IMG/VR virus record: IMGVR_UViG_3300036770_004143
Location: 62,001-126,000 of that record
Length of the DNA: 64,000 nucleotides
Direction: 5' to 3' (one strand)
Shown here piece by piece: positions 1 to 11,100 of this stretch. The notes under the pieces were generated by a model that saw only the letters and a program-made list of their open reading frames with translations, was not told the DNA's origin and did not search any database. The position numbers were made by a program, and so were the translations under genes. Numbering within the stretch: the first letter of the stretch is position 1; every line of letters begins with the position of its first letter.

Positions 1-1
1 A

Positions 2-412
2 AGTGCCTGAGTTCAAATATTTAGAATCGTTTATGGATCTTTTATTGTCATATAAATGCGTATAATTTGTTGGAGGCCATAAACCTTTTTCTGCACCCAT
101 AATAATATTGCAATTTAATAGTGTAAATTTATCAATAATATCATTTGGTGGTTTGATAAAGTTTGTATCTGTCGCATCTAAAAATAAAATATATTCATAT
201 TTGCCAATAATATTTAATTCTATATATTCTAAAACCTTTACTGTTTTATAGTAAAATAATTTATCATAGTAAGACCCATTAGTTATTAATCCTGAGTTTC
301 TAACAATATGAATGTTATCAATAGGAAAATATTTTATGGCGTTTTTGTAAAATGTTGGCTCATAATAATCAGGATAATCAAATAGTGCTGTGATTAATGC
401 TATTTTATTCAT
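2..412 (-). CDS. PLOD/LH3-like GT-A glycosyltransferase domain protein (3' end runs off window)
   Basis: Not in ORF track; hand translation from ATG at 412 gives MNKIALITALFDYP...YILFLDATDTNF...IIMGAEKGLWPP...KYLNSGT, matching the DxxD / AExxxWP / LNSG motifs of the lysyl-hydroxylase glycosyltransferase domain; open to window edge. Confidence 0.7.
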   Translation of the reverse strand, partial: MNKIALITALFDYPDYYEPTFYKNAIKYFPIDNIHIVRNSGLITNGSYYDKLFYYKTVKVLEYIELNIIGKYEYILFLDATDTNFIKPPNDIIDKFTLLNCNIIMGAEKGLWPPTNYTHLYDNKRSINDSKYLNSGT

Positions 413-413
413 G

Positions 414-1052
414 TTAATTATTATTAATTTGTTTATAAAATTCATTTATAAGATTCTCATCACTCATATATATTTTGTCTTCACCAAAAAACTTAAATGG
501 TATTTCATTTTCCCAAAAAAATATCAATTCGTTTCCTTTTGAATTTTCAATAATTTTATTTGAATCATCATAAACTTCAATAAATGAAAATTTGGGATAA
601 ATACAAACCATATTATTACTAATATCAATAATTTGTTTATGATGAGCATTTCCTCTATATTTATTACCCCATAAAAAAGAAAATTCATTAAATTTTGATG
701 GTACTGCAACATATCCTTTATGTGATATTTTGGGTAATAGTTCTAACAAATCTGTTGGAGTTATTATATCTTCCAAAGTATGAGAACAAATGCTATAATC
801 AAATTTACCATACTTGTTAACGTACTCTAATAATTCAATCCAAGTAGTTTTATCTTGTATGTTAAAGTTAAAAAATTTTACATCATCTTTTTTTATTTCA
901 ACAATATCCGCAACAAATTTACATTCAGGATATGACCAAAATTGTAATGATGCGCCAATATCAATAGTTTTTAAATTATTATCAGATATTATTTTTTTAA
1001 CTTCATCTATTAATTGTTTAACGGATTTGTTGTATTGCCAATGTGTTATCAT
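414..1052 (-). CDS. Putative class I SAM-dependent methyltransferase
   Basis: IDIGAS motif I and FDYSICSHTLED strand; lies in methyltransferase/GT operon. Confidence 0.55.
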   Translation of the reverse strand: MITHWQYNKSVKQLIDEVKKIISDNNLKTIDIGASLQFWSYPECKFVADIVEIKKDDVKFFNFNIQDKTTWIELLEYVNKYGKFDYSICSHTLEDIITPTDLLELLPKISHKGYVAVPSKFNEFSFLWGNKYRGNAHHKQIIDISNNMVCIYPKFSFIEVYDDSNKIIENSKGNELIFFWENEIPFKFFGEDKIYMSDENLINEFYKQINNN

Positions 1053-1659
1053 AATTTTTATTTAAGAAAAATATATCTTGTTGAATTAACTCATATGTTA
1101 TTGGGTGATTTATATTACCAATAAGTTCCACAGGTTTAAACCCCAAATTATCCATATATTCGTAAACAAATTCTTTTGCTGGTGAATTTTTATTATATTC
1201 AACCAAAGAGATTTCCATTAAAATACCCTTAGCTTTTTTGAATATATCTATTCCCCCATTTATAATATCAATCTCAGACCCTTGGACATCAATTTTTATT
1301 AAATCAAATGTTTTATTTAAAAATATATTAGAAATTGTTTTAGTTTGTTTTTTTTTAATAATGATTTGATCATCATCATAAAAAGATGTGTTCTCTCGAT
1401 AAATTGAATTACCTGTACACCTTGGTTCGTTTTTTCTAATGTAAAAATCAACTTGTTTTGCAACGTCACTTAATAAATCTATTGAGTAGTCAACCCCCAA
1501 AGTACGCAATACATCTTCACAAGTTTCATTACCCTCAATCAAATAATAATAAGCATTTGGAAATACAATCATACTTTCTTTATAAAACTGACCAACATTA
1601 GCACCTATATCTAAAATTGATTTAGGTTCAAAATAATCTTTAATTTTTTCTAAACCCAT
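1018..1659 (-). CDS. FkbM-family methyltransferase
   Basis: ILDIGANVGQF and LIKIDVQGSEIDII motifs. Confidence 0.85.
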   Translation of the reverse strand: MGLEKIKDYFEPKSILDIGANVGQFYKESMIVFPNAYYYLIEGNETCEDVLRTLGVDYSIDLLSDVAKQVDFYIRKNEPRCTGNSIYRENTSFYDDDQIIIKKKQTKTISNIFLNKTFDLIKIDVQGSEIDIINGGIDIFKKAKGILMEISLVEYNKNSPAKEFVYEYMDNLGFKPVELIGNINHPITYELIQQDIFFLNKNYDNTLAIQQIR

Positions 1660-1665
1660 AATGAA

Positions 1666-2220
1666 TTAAAAAATTACTACCCCAGTTCCGGTTAAATGAC
1701 CTAAATGTGAAATATCTATTTTATTAATATCAATAAACTTCCAAAAAGTAATCATTTCTTCATTTAATTTTATGTCATCTAGTAAAAGATAACCTTTGTA
1801 ATTTATTTCCTTTAAATAATTGAAAAAAGTTTTCTCAAATGTTCCATCATGGAAAGTATCAAGCAAAATATATCTTGAACTTAATATTAAATCTAAATAT
1901 TCTGGTTTTAATATGTCATCAATATATACATTAATATTTGTAGGGGTAACTGTTAAAGTTAATTGATTATGTAAATTAAATGTATTAATTTTATTACTTG
2001 AATTTATAGACATAGCTAATGCTGAACACCCTTTAAGTGTTCCTATATCTAACATTTTAATACCATCATTGTTTAATGATATATAAGATAATAATCTATA
2101 ATGTTCTACTGAAGATTTAGACGTAAAATAATCTCTATATTCTAAATCATCAATCTTCAAAGATAATGTTGATAAATCAATTTTATCTAAATCTAAATTT
2201 GTTATTTTTTCAAAATCCAT
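1666..2220 (-). CDS. Class I SAM-dependent methyltransferase (Methyltransf_24-like)
   Basis: MLDIGTLKGCSALAM, YILLDTFHD, YLLLDDI motifs. Confidence 0.7.
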   Translation of the reverse strand: MDFEKITNLDLDKIDLSTLSLKIDDLEYRDYFTSKSSVEHYRLLSYISLNNDGIKMLDIGTLKGCSALAMSINSSNKINTFNLHNQLTLTVTPTNINVYIDDILKPEYLDLILSSRYILLDTFHDGTFEKTFFNYLKEINYKGYLLLDDIKLNEEMITFWKFIDINKIDISHLGHLTGTGVVIF

Positions 2221-2222
2221 AT

Positions 2223-3473
2223 TTATAACTCACCAGTTAACCTATCACACCAACCTTTAGATTCGCTATGTGGCCAAATAACCCAATATTTTGGTTGCCT
2301 AACCGCATTGAATTCCCTCCATACTTTGCAATATTTGTCGGGATCATTTAACATTCTATTAATCTCATTCTTATCTGCATCTGCTCTATGGATTGTTTCA
2401 TCATTCTCATCATGAAAAGCAACAACCCAAAAATCATAATCTTTTTCTGGAACAGATGAATATGAAACATCAATGCAATGCTTAAAAACACTTGAAAATG
2501 AATTTAACCAATCTTGCTCACTTTCATAATTATATGTATTTGGTGGATAAGTATGATTTATTGTTTCCTCCTGGATTGCCCTCCTTTCAAATAACATACC
2601 AGCATATCTCTCATAATCCCTCAATGTTCTAACCTTTCCAAATCCAAACAAACCATCATGACCTTCTTGTGTTAAACCATCCATTCCAAATAATTTCTTA
2701 TTTATCAAATGGGATTTTCTATTCTTCTCTGTCCATTCCTTATCATCATCCCATTGTTTTGTTCTATTTTTCCTTGTATATTCATGATACACTGTCAATC
2801 TATGTGGATGAAATAAATCATAACCATGTGTATATGCTCTTGCTGCAATGGATATTTCCTCACCATGAAAATAATATTCTGGATTATGTTGAACTTCAAT
2901 AGAGAATTGACCCAATGTGAAACAAAAATGGGCTGAATAGAATCTTGCTGGGACTGGTAAGGTTAAACTTTGCCAATCTTTTATTGCATCTGGCAAAAAG
3001 AAAACAGCGCCCTCTGGAATAAATCTATCAAATAACATTCTCCAAGGTTCTTTTGACCTTGCCTCTGGGTCATTATCTGGATCAAAAGATGTTACATAAC
3101 CTGTTAATAATGGTTTTGGATGACCTGCTTTTTGTAAATCCTTAATCATTTTAATTAAGATTGTATCCCAATTTTTCTCAAATCTCATATGAGAATCAAT
3201 CTGCAAGGTGTATTCCTCTCCATCATATAACTGTTGGGTTAAATTTCTTGCCCAACAAACACCCTCTGTCTCATTATATGGAATGTCAAGTATCTTGAAT
3301 CTCTTATCTTTTCTCCACTTGTCTAATGTGTCAAATTTATCATTTGGATGATATTGTCGTGCAATTGCAATAACCAAATTTTTTGGATATTTGGCATTTG
3401 ATAACATATCTTCTATGGTTGATTCTAATAAATGGTCTCTGTAAGAGGCAATTTGAACGAAAATTTTGCTCAT
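2223..3473 (-). CDS. GT60-like (Skp1/Gnt1-type) protein alpha-GlcNAc transferase
   Basis: IFVQIASYRD, GVCWARN, EEYTLQIDSHMRF..WD, FYSAHFCF, FHGEEISIAARAYTHGYDLFHP, YHEY: motif series typical of the Skp1-hydroxyproline GlcNAc-transferase family. Confidence 0.8.
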   Translation of the reverse strand: MSKIFVQIASYRDHLLESTIEDMLSNAKYPKNLVIAIARQYHPNDKFDTLDKWRKDKRFKILDIPYNETEGVCWARNLTQQLYDGEEYTLQIDSHMRFEKNWDTILIKMIKDLQKAGHPKPLLTGYVTSFDPDNDPEARSKEPWRMLFDRFIPEGAVFFLPDAIKDWQSLTLPVPARFYSAHFCFTLGQFSIEVQHNPEYYFHGEEISIAARAYTHGYDLFHPHRLTVYHEYTRKNRTKQWDDDKEWTEKNRKSHLINKKLFGMDGLTQEGHDGLFGFGKVRTLRDYERYAGMLFERRAIQEETINHTYPPNTYNYESEQDWLNSFSSVFKHCIDVSYSSVPEKDYDFWVVAFHDENDETIHRADADKNEINRMLNDPDKYCKVWREFNAVRQPKYWVIWPHSESKGWCDRLTGEL

Positions 3474-3524
3474 ATTATTTATCTTATATAAAATATATAG
3501 TTTTTTTTTATTTAAAATAAATAA

Positions 3525-4067
3525 TTAAATTATTAATTGCCAATTTAATGTCTCTTCATTCCAATAATTATTACCATCACTTGGGTATGGTGTTGGTGAA
3601 ACATAATAATTATTCTGATTTAATGACCAACTATCAAATGGTTTCATTAATTCCCAATTTATAATATCTTCATTCCAAACATATCTGTTGTATATTTTAT
3701 ATGGCTCTGGTATGTTTGATGTATCTGGATATGGTATTGGTGAATTCCATAAGCAACTAAATTCCTCTAATATCCATGAAGGAAAAGGTTTTGGAGGGAT
3801 AAAAGCATCCCTAATGCTGTCGTAGTAGTAACCTATTCCAGCATAGTTTTTTCTAAATGCCTTGCTTTGGTCTTGGCTTGGTGTGTTGTTATCAGATTGA
3901 TAATGAACACCACCTCTTGTATTGTAAGAGGTGCGTTTTGCAACACAATTATATAAGTTTGAATAATTTGTTTCAGTATCCAAACCATCTATAATATACG
4001 TCTCATCTGCACCACTTATAACAGATGTGACAAAATTTTCATTATTTAAAAGTGCGTAATGTGCCAT
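3525..4067 (-). CDS. Small partner protein of Thr/Pro-rich fibre 2 (paralog of 7765..8157)
   Basis: [41 protein letters not shown] and PIPYP/W repeats; start overlaps stop of upstream gene at 4067. Confidence 0.75.
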   Translation of the reverse strand: MAHYALLNNENFVTSVISGADETYIIDGLDTETNYSNLYNCVAKRTSYNTRGGVHYQSDNNTPSQDQSKAFRKNYAGIGYYYDSIRDAFIPPKPFPSWILEEFSCLWNSPIPYPDTSNIPEPYKIYNRYVWNEDIINWELMKPFDSWSLNQNNYYVSPTPYPSDGNNYWNEETLNWQLII

Positions 4068-7000
4068 TATGAAAATGTTACTGTTCCAGAATTTTTAATT
4101 TCTCTAATGTTATAACTACCATCAGTATAACTTACTGCATTTGTTTCAGCACCATTTGATAATGTAATAGTTGCAGAAGATGTTAACCATCTTATTATAA
4201 CAACACCTCTGCCACCTTTACCACCAATTGGGGTCTGCCCACCTGTTGCACCACCACCACCACCACCAGTGTAATCAGTACCAACACCACCAGCAGTATT
4301 AGCATCACCTTGTGAACCATTACCTCCACCTCCTATATCACCAGTTCCAGCAGTTAATCCTCCTCCTGCTCCACCTCCACCACCTCCACCACGAGGTATA
4401 TTATTTCCTGTTATTGCCGAATATAATCCAACACCACCATTCCCAGATTTAGTATTTGGTATACTATCTTGACCTTGTGCACCAGCACCCCCACCTCCAC
4501 CAGTAATTGAATTTACACCAATATAATTACCCCCATCATAACCTTGATTAGGAGAACCAGAACCACCTTTGTTTTCATTAGTTCTATTAGCAGCTCCGCC
4601 ACCAGAACCACCATTTGACCCATTTTCTGAAAAACCACCAGAACCACCACCACCACCAGCAATAGAAGTAATAGTTGCAAAAACACTATTAGTGCCATTT
4701 TGACCTTTTACTGTATAGGTTCCACCATTACCACCACCACCAATAGTAACTGTGTAAGTTGTCCCTTTTGTTAAATATAATGCAGTTTCAGCAGCCGAGC
4801 CACCTCCTGATGTACCAAAAGAAGTTCTATAACCTCCAGCACCACCTCCACCACCACGGTCAGCACCACCTCCACCTCCACCAGCAATAACAAGGTAATC
4901 AACTTGAATAGGGGGAACTGTTGGTGTAACTGTTCTTGTTGGTGTGATTGTTGGTGTAATTGTATTTGTAGGTGTAATTGTATTAGTTGGAGTTATTGTT
5001 GTTGTTGGAGTTATGGTATTTGTAGGCGTTATTGTTTGTGTTGGTGTAATGGTATTTGTAGGTGTAATTGTATTAGTTGGAGTTTCTGTATTGGTTGGTG
5101 TTATGGTTGGAGTTGGCGTTTCTGTGTTTGTTGGTGTTATAGTTTGAGTTGGTGTTTCTGTATTGGTTGGTGTTATAGTTGGAGTTGGTGTTTCACTACT
5201 TGTTGGAGTTTGTGTTGGGGTTTCTGTGTTGGTTGGTGTAATTGTATTAGTTGGAGTAATTGTATTTGTAGGTGTTATAGTTTGTGTTGGAGTTTTACTA
5301 CTTGTTGGAGTTATTGTTGGGGTTTCTGTATTTGTTGGTGTTATAGTTTGAGTTGGTGTTTCTGTATTGGTTGGTGTTATAGTTGGAGTTGGTGTTTCTG
5401 TGTTTGTTGGTGTTATGGTTGGAGTAGATGTTTCACTACTTGTTGGTGTTATAGTTTGAGTTGGTGTTTCTGTATTGGTTGGTGTTATAGTTGGAGTTGG
5501 TGTTTCACTACTTGTTGGAGTTTGTGTTGGGGTTTCTGTGTTGGTTGGTGTAATTGTATTAGTTGGAGTAATTGTATTTGTAGGTGTTATAGTTTGTGTT
5601 GGAGTTTTACTACTTGTTGGAGTTATTGTTGGGGTTTCTGTGTTGGTTGGTGTTGGGGTTTCTGTATTTGTTGGGGTTATGCTTGGAGTTGGTGTTTCTG
5701 TGTTGGTTGGTGTTATAGTTGGAGTTGGTGTTTCACTACTTGTTGGAGTTTGTGTATTGGTTGGAGTTATGGTTGGAGTTGGTGTTTCTGTGTTTGTTGG
5801 TGTAATTGTATTTGTAGGTGTTATAGTTTGTGTTGGAGTTTCTGTGTTGGTTGGAGTAATTGTATTTGTAGGTGTTATAGTGCTAGTTGGTGTTATGCTT
5901 GGAGTTGCATCTTGAGATGCTCCTGGTGTTTTTGTTATAGATGGTGTGACAGTATTAGTTGATGTTATGCTTGGAGTAGGTGTAACTGTGTTGGTTGGAG
6001 TTGGAGTTTGTGTTGGTGTTTCTGTATTTGTTGGTGTTATGGTTGGTGTTGGGGTTTCTGTATTTGTTGGGGTTATGCTTGGAGTTGGAGTTTCACTACT
6101 TGTTGGAGTTTGTGTTGGTGTAACTGTATTTGTTGGAGTTATTGTTGGTGTTATTGTGTTGGTTGGTGTTATAGTTGGGGTTGCATCTTGTGATGCCCCT
6201 GGTGTTTTTGTTAGAGATGGTGTGACTGTATTTGTTGCTGTTATAGTTGGTGTAATTGTGTTTGTTGATGTTGGAGTTATACTACTTGTTGGTGTAATTG
6301 TGTTAGTTGGTGTTATAGTTTGAGTTGGAGTTATACTACTTGTTGGTGTAATTGTGTTTGTTGGTGTTATAGTTTGAGTTGGTGTTATACTACTTGTTGG
6401 TGTAATTGTGTTAGTTGGTGTTATGGTTGGTGTTGGTGTTTTACTAGTTGTTGATGTAACTGTATTGGTTGGTGTTACAATTATTATATTTGTGCTTGTT
6501 GGTGTTGGTGTTAAAGCAGAAATTAACCCTCCTTGCCAAAATATATTATTATCAATGGTTATTGTATTTTCAGAACTTCTACCAACAACCAGATGAGTTT
6601 GTGTTGCTGCGGTATTTGAAAATTCAATGGAATTGCCCAACCAAGGTGAAATATTTATATTATTTGCAATATTATCAATTCTATTTGCCAATCCATGTGT
6701 TACAATATTATTAATACCATATACACCAGCAAACACCAAACCAATTATTTTTCTTGTTCCATTTATATCAGCAATTAATGCTGAACCAGAATCACCAGGT
6801 GCTATTGGATAAATGCAAATGAATCCATTTGGTGTGGTTGCAGCACTTGCAACAAATTCAATACAATTATCAAATTGAATTGTTGTTGGTAATCCTTGTC
6901 TTTCATATGAAATTGATATAACAACATTTGTTGCATATGTTAATAATTTCATATCACCTTCACCTTTTGCACCTGAAGTTCTACCTGAACTAAATAGGTT

Positions 7001-7753
7001 TGGATTTAAATATAATAAATCATCAATTTCTTGTGTTGTTGCAAATTCTAGTGGTTCTGTCCAACCAGTTAAACCCAATTGCAAATATGATTCTGAATAA
7101 CTTATATCTGATTCATTTATTGTGGTTAATGCAACATCACTATTATTATAACCATCAAACCTTAAAGGATAATATTTTTTTATAAAACCAATTGAATTTT
7201 GCAATCCTTTATCAGTTGGTTCATTTGGTTGCGTTGCAACATTATTTAAAATATTTGATAATTGTAATCTTGGATTTCTATCACTTGTTATAAATGCATC
7301 TTCAACTAGAACATGGTTATTGGATACACCAACCAAAGAATTTGTTTCATTATCAATAGCCAAAAACCCTAATGTGCCAACCCATGATCCATTTGATGCT
7401 GTATAATTTGTTAAAGATATTCCACCTTGTAATGGTCTTATTTTATTTCTGTTATTTGGATTTGTTGTTTGCCAAGAATAAAAATCTGATGGACATTCTT
7501 CCAAGAATTTTATTTCACATTCAACAACATCTGTTTTAAATGTGTTGCCAGAAAAATTAATTATGCTTGGTATTTGTTCATTTTCTGGTATATCAGAAAT
7601 ATTTAATTTCTTTTTTACTTTAAAAATTAATGATTTCTCATCTGTAACCAAATTGTTGGTTGTTTTATAACCATAACCAACACCAATAATATTTTCAGAT
7701 GTCTCTTCAAAATATTTTAATGTTAATTCTGATAATAATTTTTGATCAATCAT
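4067..7753 (-). CDS. Nal1-like trypsin-fold serine protease + Thr/Pro mucin-like stalk + Gly-rich C-terminal domain; probable virion fibre/appendage
   Basis: GTLGFL..SNNHVL (His), SDVALT (Asp), PGDSGS (Ser); about 530 aa of TPT(N/I/Q) repeats; [20 protein letters not shown] Gly-rich domain. Confidence 0.75.
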   Translation of the reverse strand: MIDQKLLSELTLKYFEETSENIIGVGYGYKTTNNLVTDEKSLIFKVKKKLNISDIPENEQIPSIINFSGNTFKTDVVECEIKFLEECPSDFYSWQTTNPNNRNKIRPLQGGISLTNYTASNGSWVGTLGFLAIDNETNSLVGVSNNHVLVEDAFITSDRNPRLQLSNILNNVATQPNEPTDKGLQNSIGFIKKYYPLRFDGYNNSDVALTTINESDISYSESYLQLGLTGWTEPLEFATTQEIDDLLYLNPNLFSSGRTSGAKGEGDMKLLTYATNVVISISYERQGLPTTIQFDNCIEFVASAATTPNGFICIYPIAPGDSGSALIADINGTRKIIGLVFAGVYGINNIVTHGLANRIDNIANNINISPWLGNSIEFSNTAATQTHLVVGRSSENTITIDNNIFWQGGLISALTPTPTSTNIIIVTPTNTVTSTTSKTPTPTITPTNTITPTSSITPTQTITPTNTITPTSSITPTQTITPTNTITPTSSITPTSTNTITPTITATNTVTPSLTKTPGASQDATPTITPTNTITPTITPTNTVTPTQTPTSSETPTPSITPTNTETPTPTITPTNTETPTQTPTPTNTVTPTPSITSTNTVTPSITKTPGASQDATPSITPTSTITPTNTITPTNTETPTQTITPTNTITPTNTETPTPTITPTNTQTPTSSETPTPTITPTNTETPTPSITPTNTETPTPTNTETPTITPTSSKTPTQTITPTNTITPTNTITPTNTETPTQTPTSSETPTPTITPTNTETPTQTITPTSSETSTPTITPTNTETPTPTITPTNTETPTQTITPTNTETPTITPTSSKTPTQTITPTNTITPTNTITPTNTETPTQTPTSSETPTPTITPTNTETPTQTITPTNTETPTPTITPTNTETPTNTITPTNTITPTQTITPTNTITPTTTITPTNTITPTNTITPTITPTRTVTPTVPPIQVDYLVIAGGGGGGADRGGGGGAGGYRTSFGTSGGGSAAETALYLTKGTTYTVTIGGGGNGGTYTVKGQNGTNSVFATITSIAGGGGGSGGFSENGSNGGSGGGAANRTNENKGGSGSPNQGYDGGNYIGVNSITGGGGGAGAQGQDSIPNTKSGNGGVGLYSAITGNNIPRGGGGGGGAGGGLTAGTGDIGGGGNGSQGDANTAGGVGTDYTGGGGGGATGGQTPIGGKGGRGVVIIRWLTSSATITLSNGAETNAVSYTDGSYNIREIKNSGTVTFS
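4920..6510 (-). repeat. Coding low-complexity Thr/Pro tandem repeats ([10 protein letters not shown]-type)
   Basis: gttggtgtt/gttggagtt periodicity on plus strand; boundaries approximate. Confidence 0.9.
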
Positions 7754-7764
7754 TTAAATTTTAT

Positions 7765-8157
7765 TTATGTATTATAAATATTCCATTGTTTATTTTCCTC
7801 ATCCCAATAATATTGGTTGCCATCATTTGGATAAGGTATAGGTGGTTGCCATAAGCAACTAAATTCATCTAATGTCCAACTTGGGTATGGTTTTGGTGGG
7901 ATGAAAGCGTCCCTTATACTATCGTAATAATAACCTATTCCAGCATAGTTTTTTCTAAATGCCTTGCTTTGGTCAAGGCTTGGTGTATTGTTGTCGGATT
8001 GGTAGTGAATACCACCATGTGTGTTGTAGGATGTGCGTTTATGAACTATACCTAATTCATTAAACCAACCAATTTCACCATCCCAATCATCTTCATGACC
8101 AGCACTCTTCATATCTATTACAAAATTATTTTCATCTAAAACTGCATAATACGCCAT
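7765..8157 (-). CDS. Small partner protein of Thr/Pro-rich fibre 1 (paralog of 3525..4067)
   Basis: MAYYAVLDENNFV start at 8157 matches paralog; shares a 44-bp identical block (7931-7974 = 3829-3872). Confidence 0.75.
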   Translation of the reverse strand: MAYYAVLDENNFVIDMKSAGHEDDWDGEIGWFNELGIVHKRTSYNTHGGIHYQSDNNTPSLDQSKAFRKNYAGIGYYYDSIRDAFIPPKPYPSWTLDEFSCLWQPPIPYPNDGNQYYWDEENKQWNIYNT

Positions 8158-8171
8158 AATGTTATATTTTA

Positions 8172-11100
8172 TTACCATGAAATATTACCACTACCAGCAG
8201 TAAAAGTATATGTTTTATACCCTGCCCTTGCTGTTGATGGTGCAGGTGCAGTAGTTGTACCAGCTGCTTGACCATTACATACATGAGATGAGTGAATAGT
8301 TAATAAATTTGGAAAATTATCTGGATATGAAATAATTACAACGCCAGAACCACCTGAACCAGACACACCTGTACTACCTCTTTGTGCACCGCCACCACTA
8401 CCAGTATTTTGCACACCATTTCCTCCTGACCCAGGATTTCCTGCTACACCACCATTTGTACCTGGTGTTCCAGTTGAAGCCGACCCTGAACCAGCCCCTC
8501 CTCCTGCATAATCTTTTAAAATACCAGTAATATCTGATTTTTGGGAGTTTCCACCATTACCAACCAAATTTAAACCACCTGCACTACCAGCACCACCACC
8601 ACCACCACCAGCATTAGTGGTTGCAGTACCCCCAATATTACCTTGAATTGGATTTGTGTTTCTGCTCCCACCCGAAGCACCTCCACCAGCACCACTTGGT
8701 GCACCACCACCGCCTGAACCACCTGAACCACCTGGAGTATTTGAATACCATCCACCACCACCTCCACCAACACTTACTATATTTGCAAAAACAGAATTAT
8801 TACCTGGAACTTGATTTACATTTGACCCACCCTGACCACCAGGACCAACAGTTACTATATATGGTGTGTTCTTATTTATTAAGAATGAATTTTCTAAATT
8901 GCCCCCACCTCCAGTATTAGTAACTGTTGAACGCATTCCACCTGCTCCACCACCACCATTTCCTGGTGTTGTTGGGCTATCAGCGCCTCCAGCACCACCA
9001 CCAGCAACTACAAGGTAATCAACTGTAACAGTTGTTGGAATTGGCGAGGTTGTTGGAGTAATTGTTCTAGTTGGAGTTATGCTATTTGTTGGTGTTATGG
9101 TATTTGTAGGAGTTATAGTGTTGGTAGGTGTTATAGTATTTGTTGGTGTTATAGTGTTAGTTGGTGTTATGGTATTTGTTGGTGTAATTGTTGGTGTTAT
9201 AGTGTTAGTAGGTGTTATGGTTGGAGTTGGTGTTTCACTACTTGTTGGAGTTTGTGTTGGTGTTATAGTTTGAGTTGGTGTTTCACTACTTGTTGGAGTT
9301 TGTGTTGGTGTTTCTGTATTGGTTGGTGTTATGGTTGGAGTTGGTGTTTCACTACTTGTTTGAGTTTGTGTTGGTGTTATAGTTTGAGTTGGTGTTTCAC
9401 TACTTGTTGGAGTTTGTGTTGGTGTTTCTGTATTGGTTGGTGTTATGGTTGGAGTTGGTGTTTCACTACTTGTTGGAGTTTGTGTTGGTGTTATAGTTTG
9501 AGTTGGAGTGATTGTATTTGTAGGTGTTACTGTATTAGTTGGTGTTATGGTTGGAGTTGGTGTTTCACTACTTGTTTGAGTTTGTGTTGGTGTTATAGTT
9601 TGAGTTGGTGTTTCACTACTTGTTGGAGTTTGTGTTGGTGTTTCTGTATTGGTTGGTGTTATGGTTGGAGTTGGTGTCTCACTACTTGTTGGAGTTTGTG
9701 TTGGTGTTATAGTTTGAGTTGGTGTGATTGTATTTGTTGGTGTTACTGTATTAGTTGGAGTAATGGTTGGAGTTGGGTCTTGTGATGCTCCTGGTGTTTT
9801 TGTTACAGATGGTGTAATTGTATTTGTTGGTGTTATGCTTGGAGTAGATGTTTCACTACTTGTTGGAGTTTGTGTTGGTGTTTCTGTGTTGGTTGGTGTA
9901 ACTGTATTTGTTGGTGTTATGCTTGGAGTAATTGTGTTAGTTGGCGTTGGAGTTTCACTACTTGTTGGAGTTTGTGTTGGTGTTTCTGTATTGGTTGGTG
10001 TTATAGTTGGTGTTGCATCTTGTGATGCCCCTGGTGTCTTTGTTAGAGATGGTGTGACTGTATTTGTTGTAGTTATAGTTGGTGTAATTGTTTTGGTAGG
10101 TGTTGTAGTTATAGTTGGTGTAATTGTGTTGGTAGGTGTTGGAGTTTCACTACTTGTTGGAGTTATGGTTGGTGTTACTGTTTTTGTTGGTGTAATTGTT
10201 AGAGTTGTTGTTTGACTTATTGTTGGTGTGATGGTTGGAGTTATAATAAATATATTTGTACTTGTTGGTGTTGATGTAACAGATGGTGTTATAATTGGTG
10301 CTATATTTGGGAAGAATAAGAATATTGTTCTTATTGAATCATCATAAGAAGTAATAGTTGGTGTTATTGTTGGTGTAACAGTATTTGTTGGTGTTATTGT
10401 ATTTGTTGGTGTTATTGTATTTGTTGGTGTTATTGTTGATGTTCTTGTTACTGTTGGTGTTCTTGTTGCTGTTCTTGTTGGTGTTACTGTTCTTGTTAGT
10501 GTAGGTGTTGGTGTTAATGTTCTTGTAGGTGTAATACTTGGTGTTATAGTGTTTGTTGGAGTTTGTGTTGGTGTTATTGTATTTGTAGTTGTAACACTTG
10601 GTGTTATGCTATTTGTTGGAGTTTGTGTTGGTGTTACACTTGGTGTTGGAGGTACTATTATAATAGGTTCTTTATCTGGATTGAACGGATCAATTAATCC
10701 ATATTTTGTTTTTAATATTTTAAAATTATGTCTTACTTGTCCAGCATTTAATGGTTCAATATACATTCTAAATGCTCCCACATCACCAATTAAACTACCA
10801 CCAAATTCTTCTTCAAGAATGATATTTGTTGTTAAACCAGAATATGATGTATTATTTAATATATTAGTTGGCAATAATTCTGAATCTTGTATTAAATCAT
10901 TATTTGTTAATAATATTTGTATTTCTTCATTTTCTGTGCATGAACTTAATGTAAGGGAATCTTTAAGACCTTGTGTTCCACCCCCAATTGAAATATTGAA
11001 AGGTACACCAATTTGTCTTTCTTTTAGGGTATTTAATGGTCTTGGGATAATTTCCTCAAAATTATCAATGATGAAGAATATTTTACCATTTATGTATATT

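Noticed and set aside
4904-6596. Plus-strand Val/Gly- and Cys/Trp-rich ORFs
   Set aside because: Antisense shadows of the Thr/Pro repeats in 4067..7753
4920-10660. Periodic gttggtgtt repeats as a CRISPR array
   Set aside because: In-frame coding repeats with no unique spacers and no cas genes
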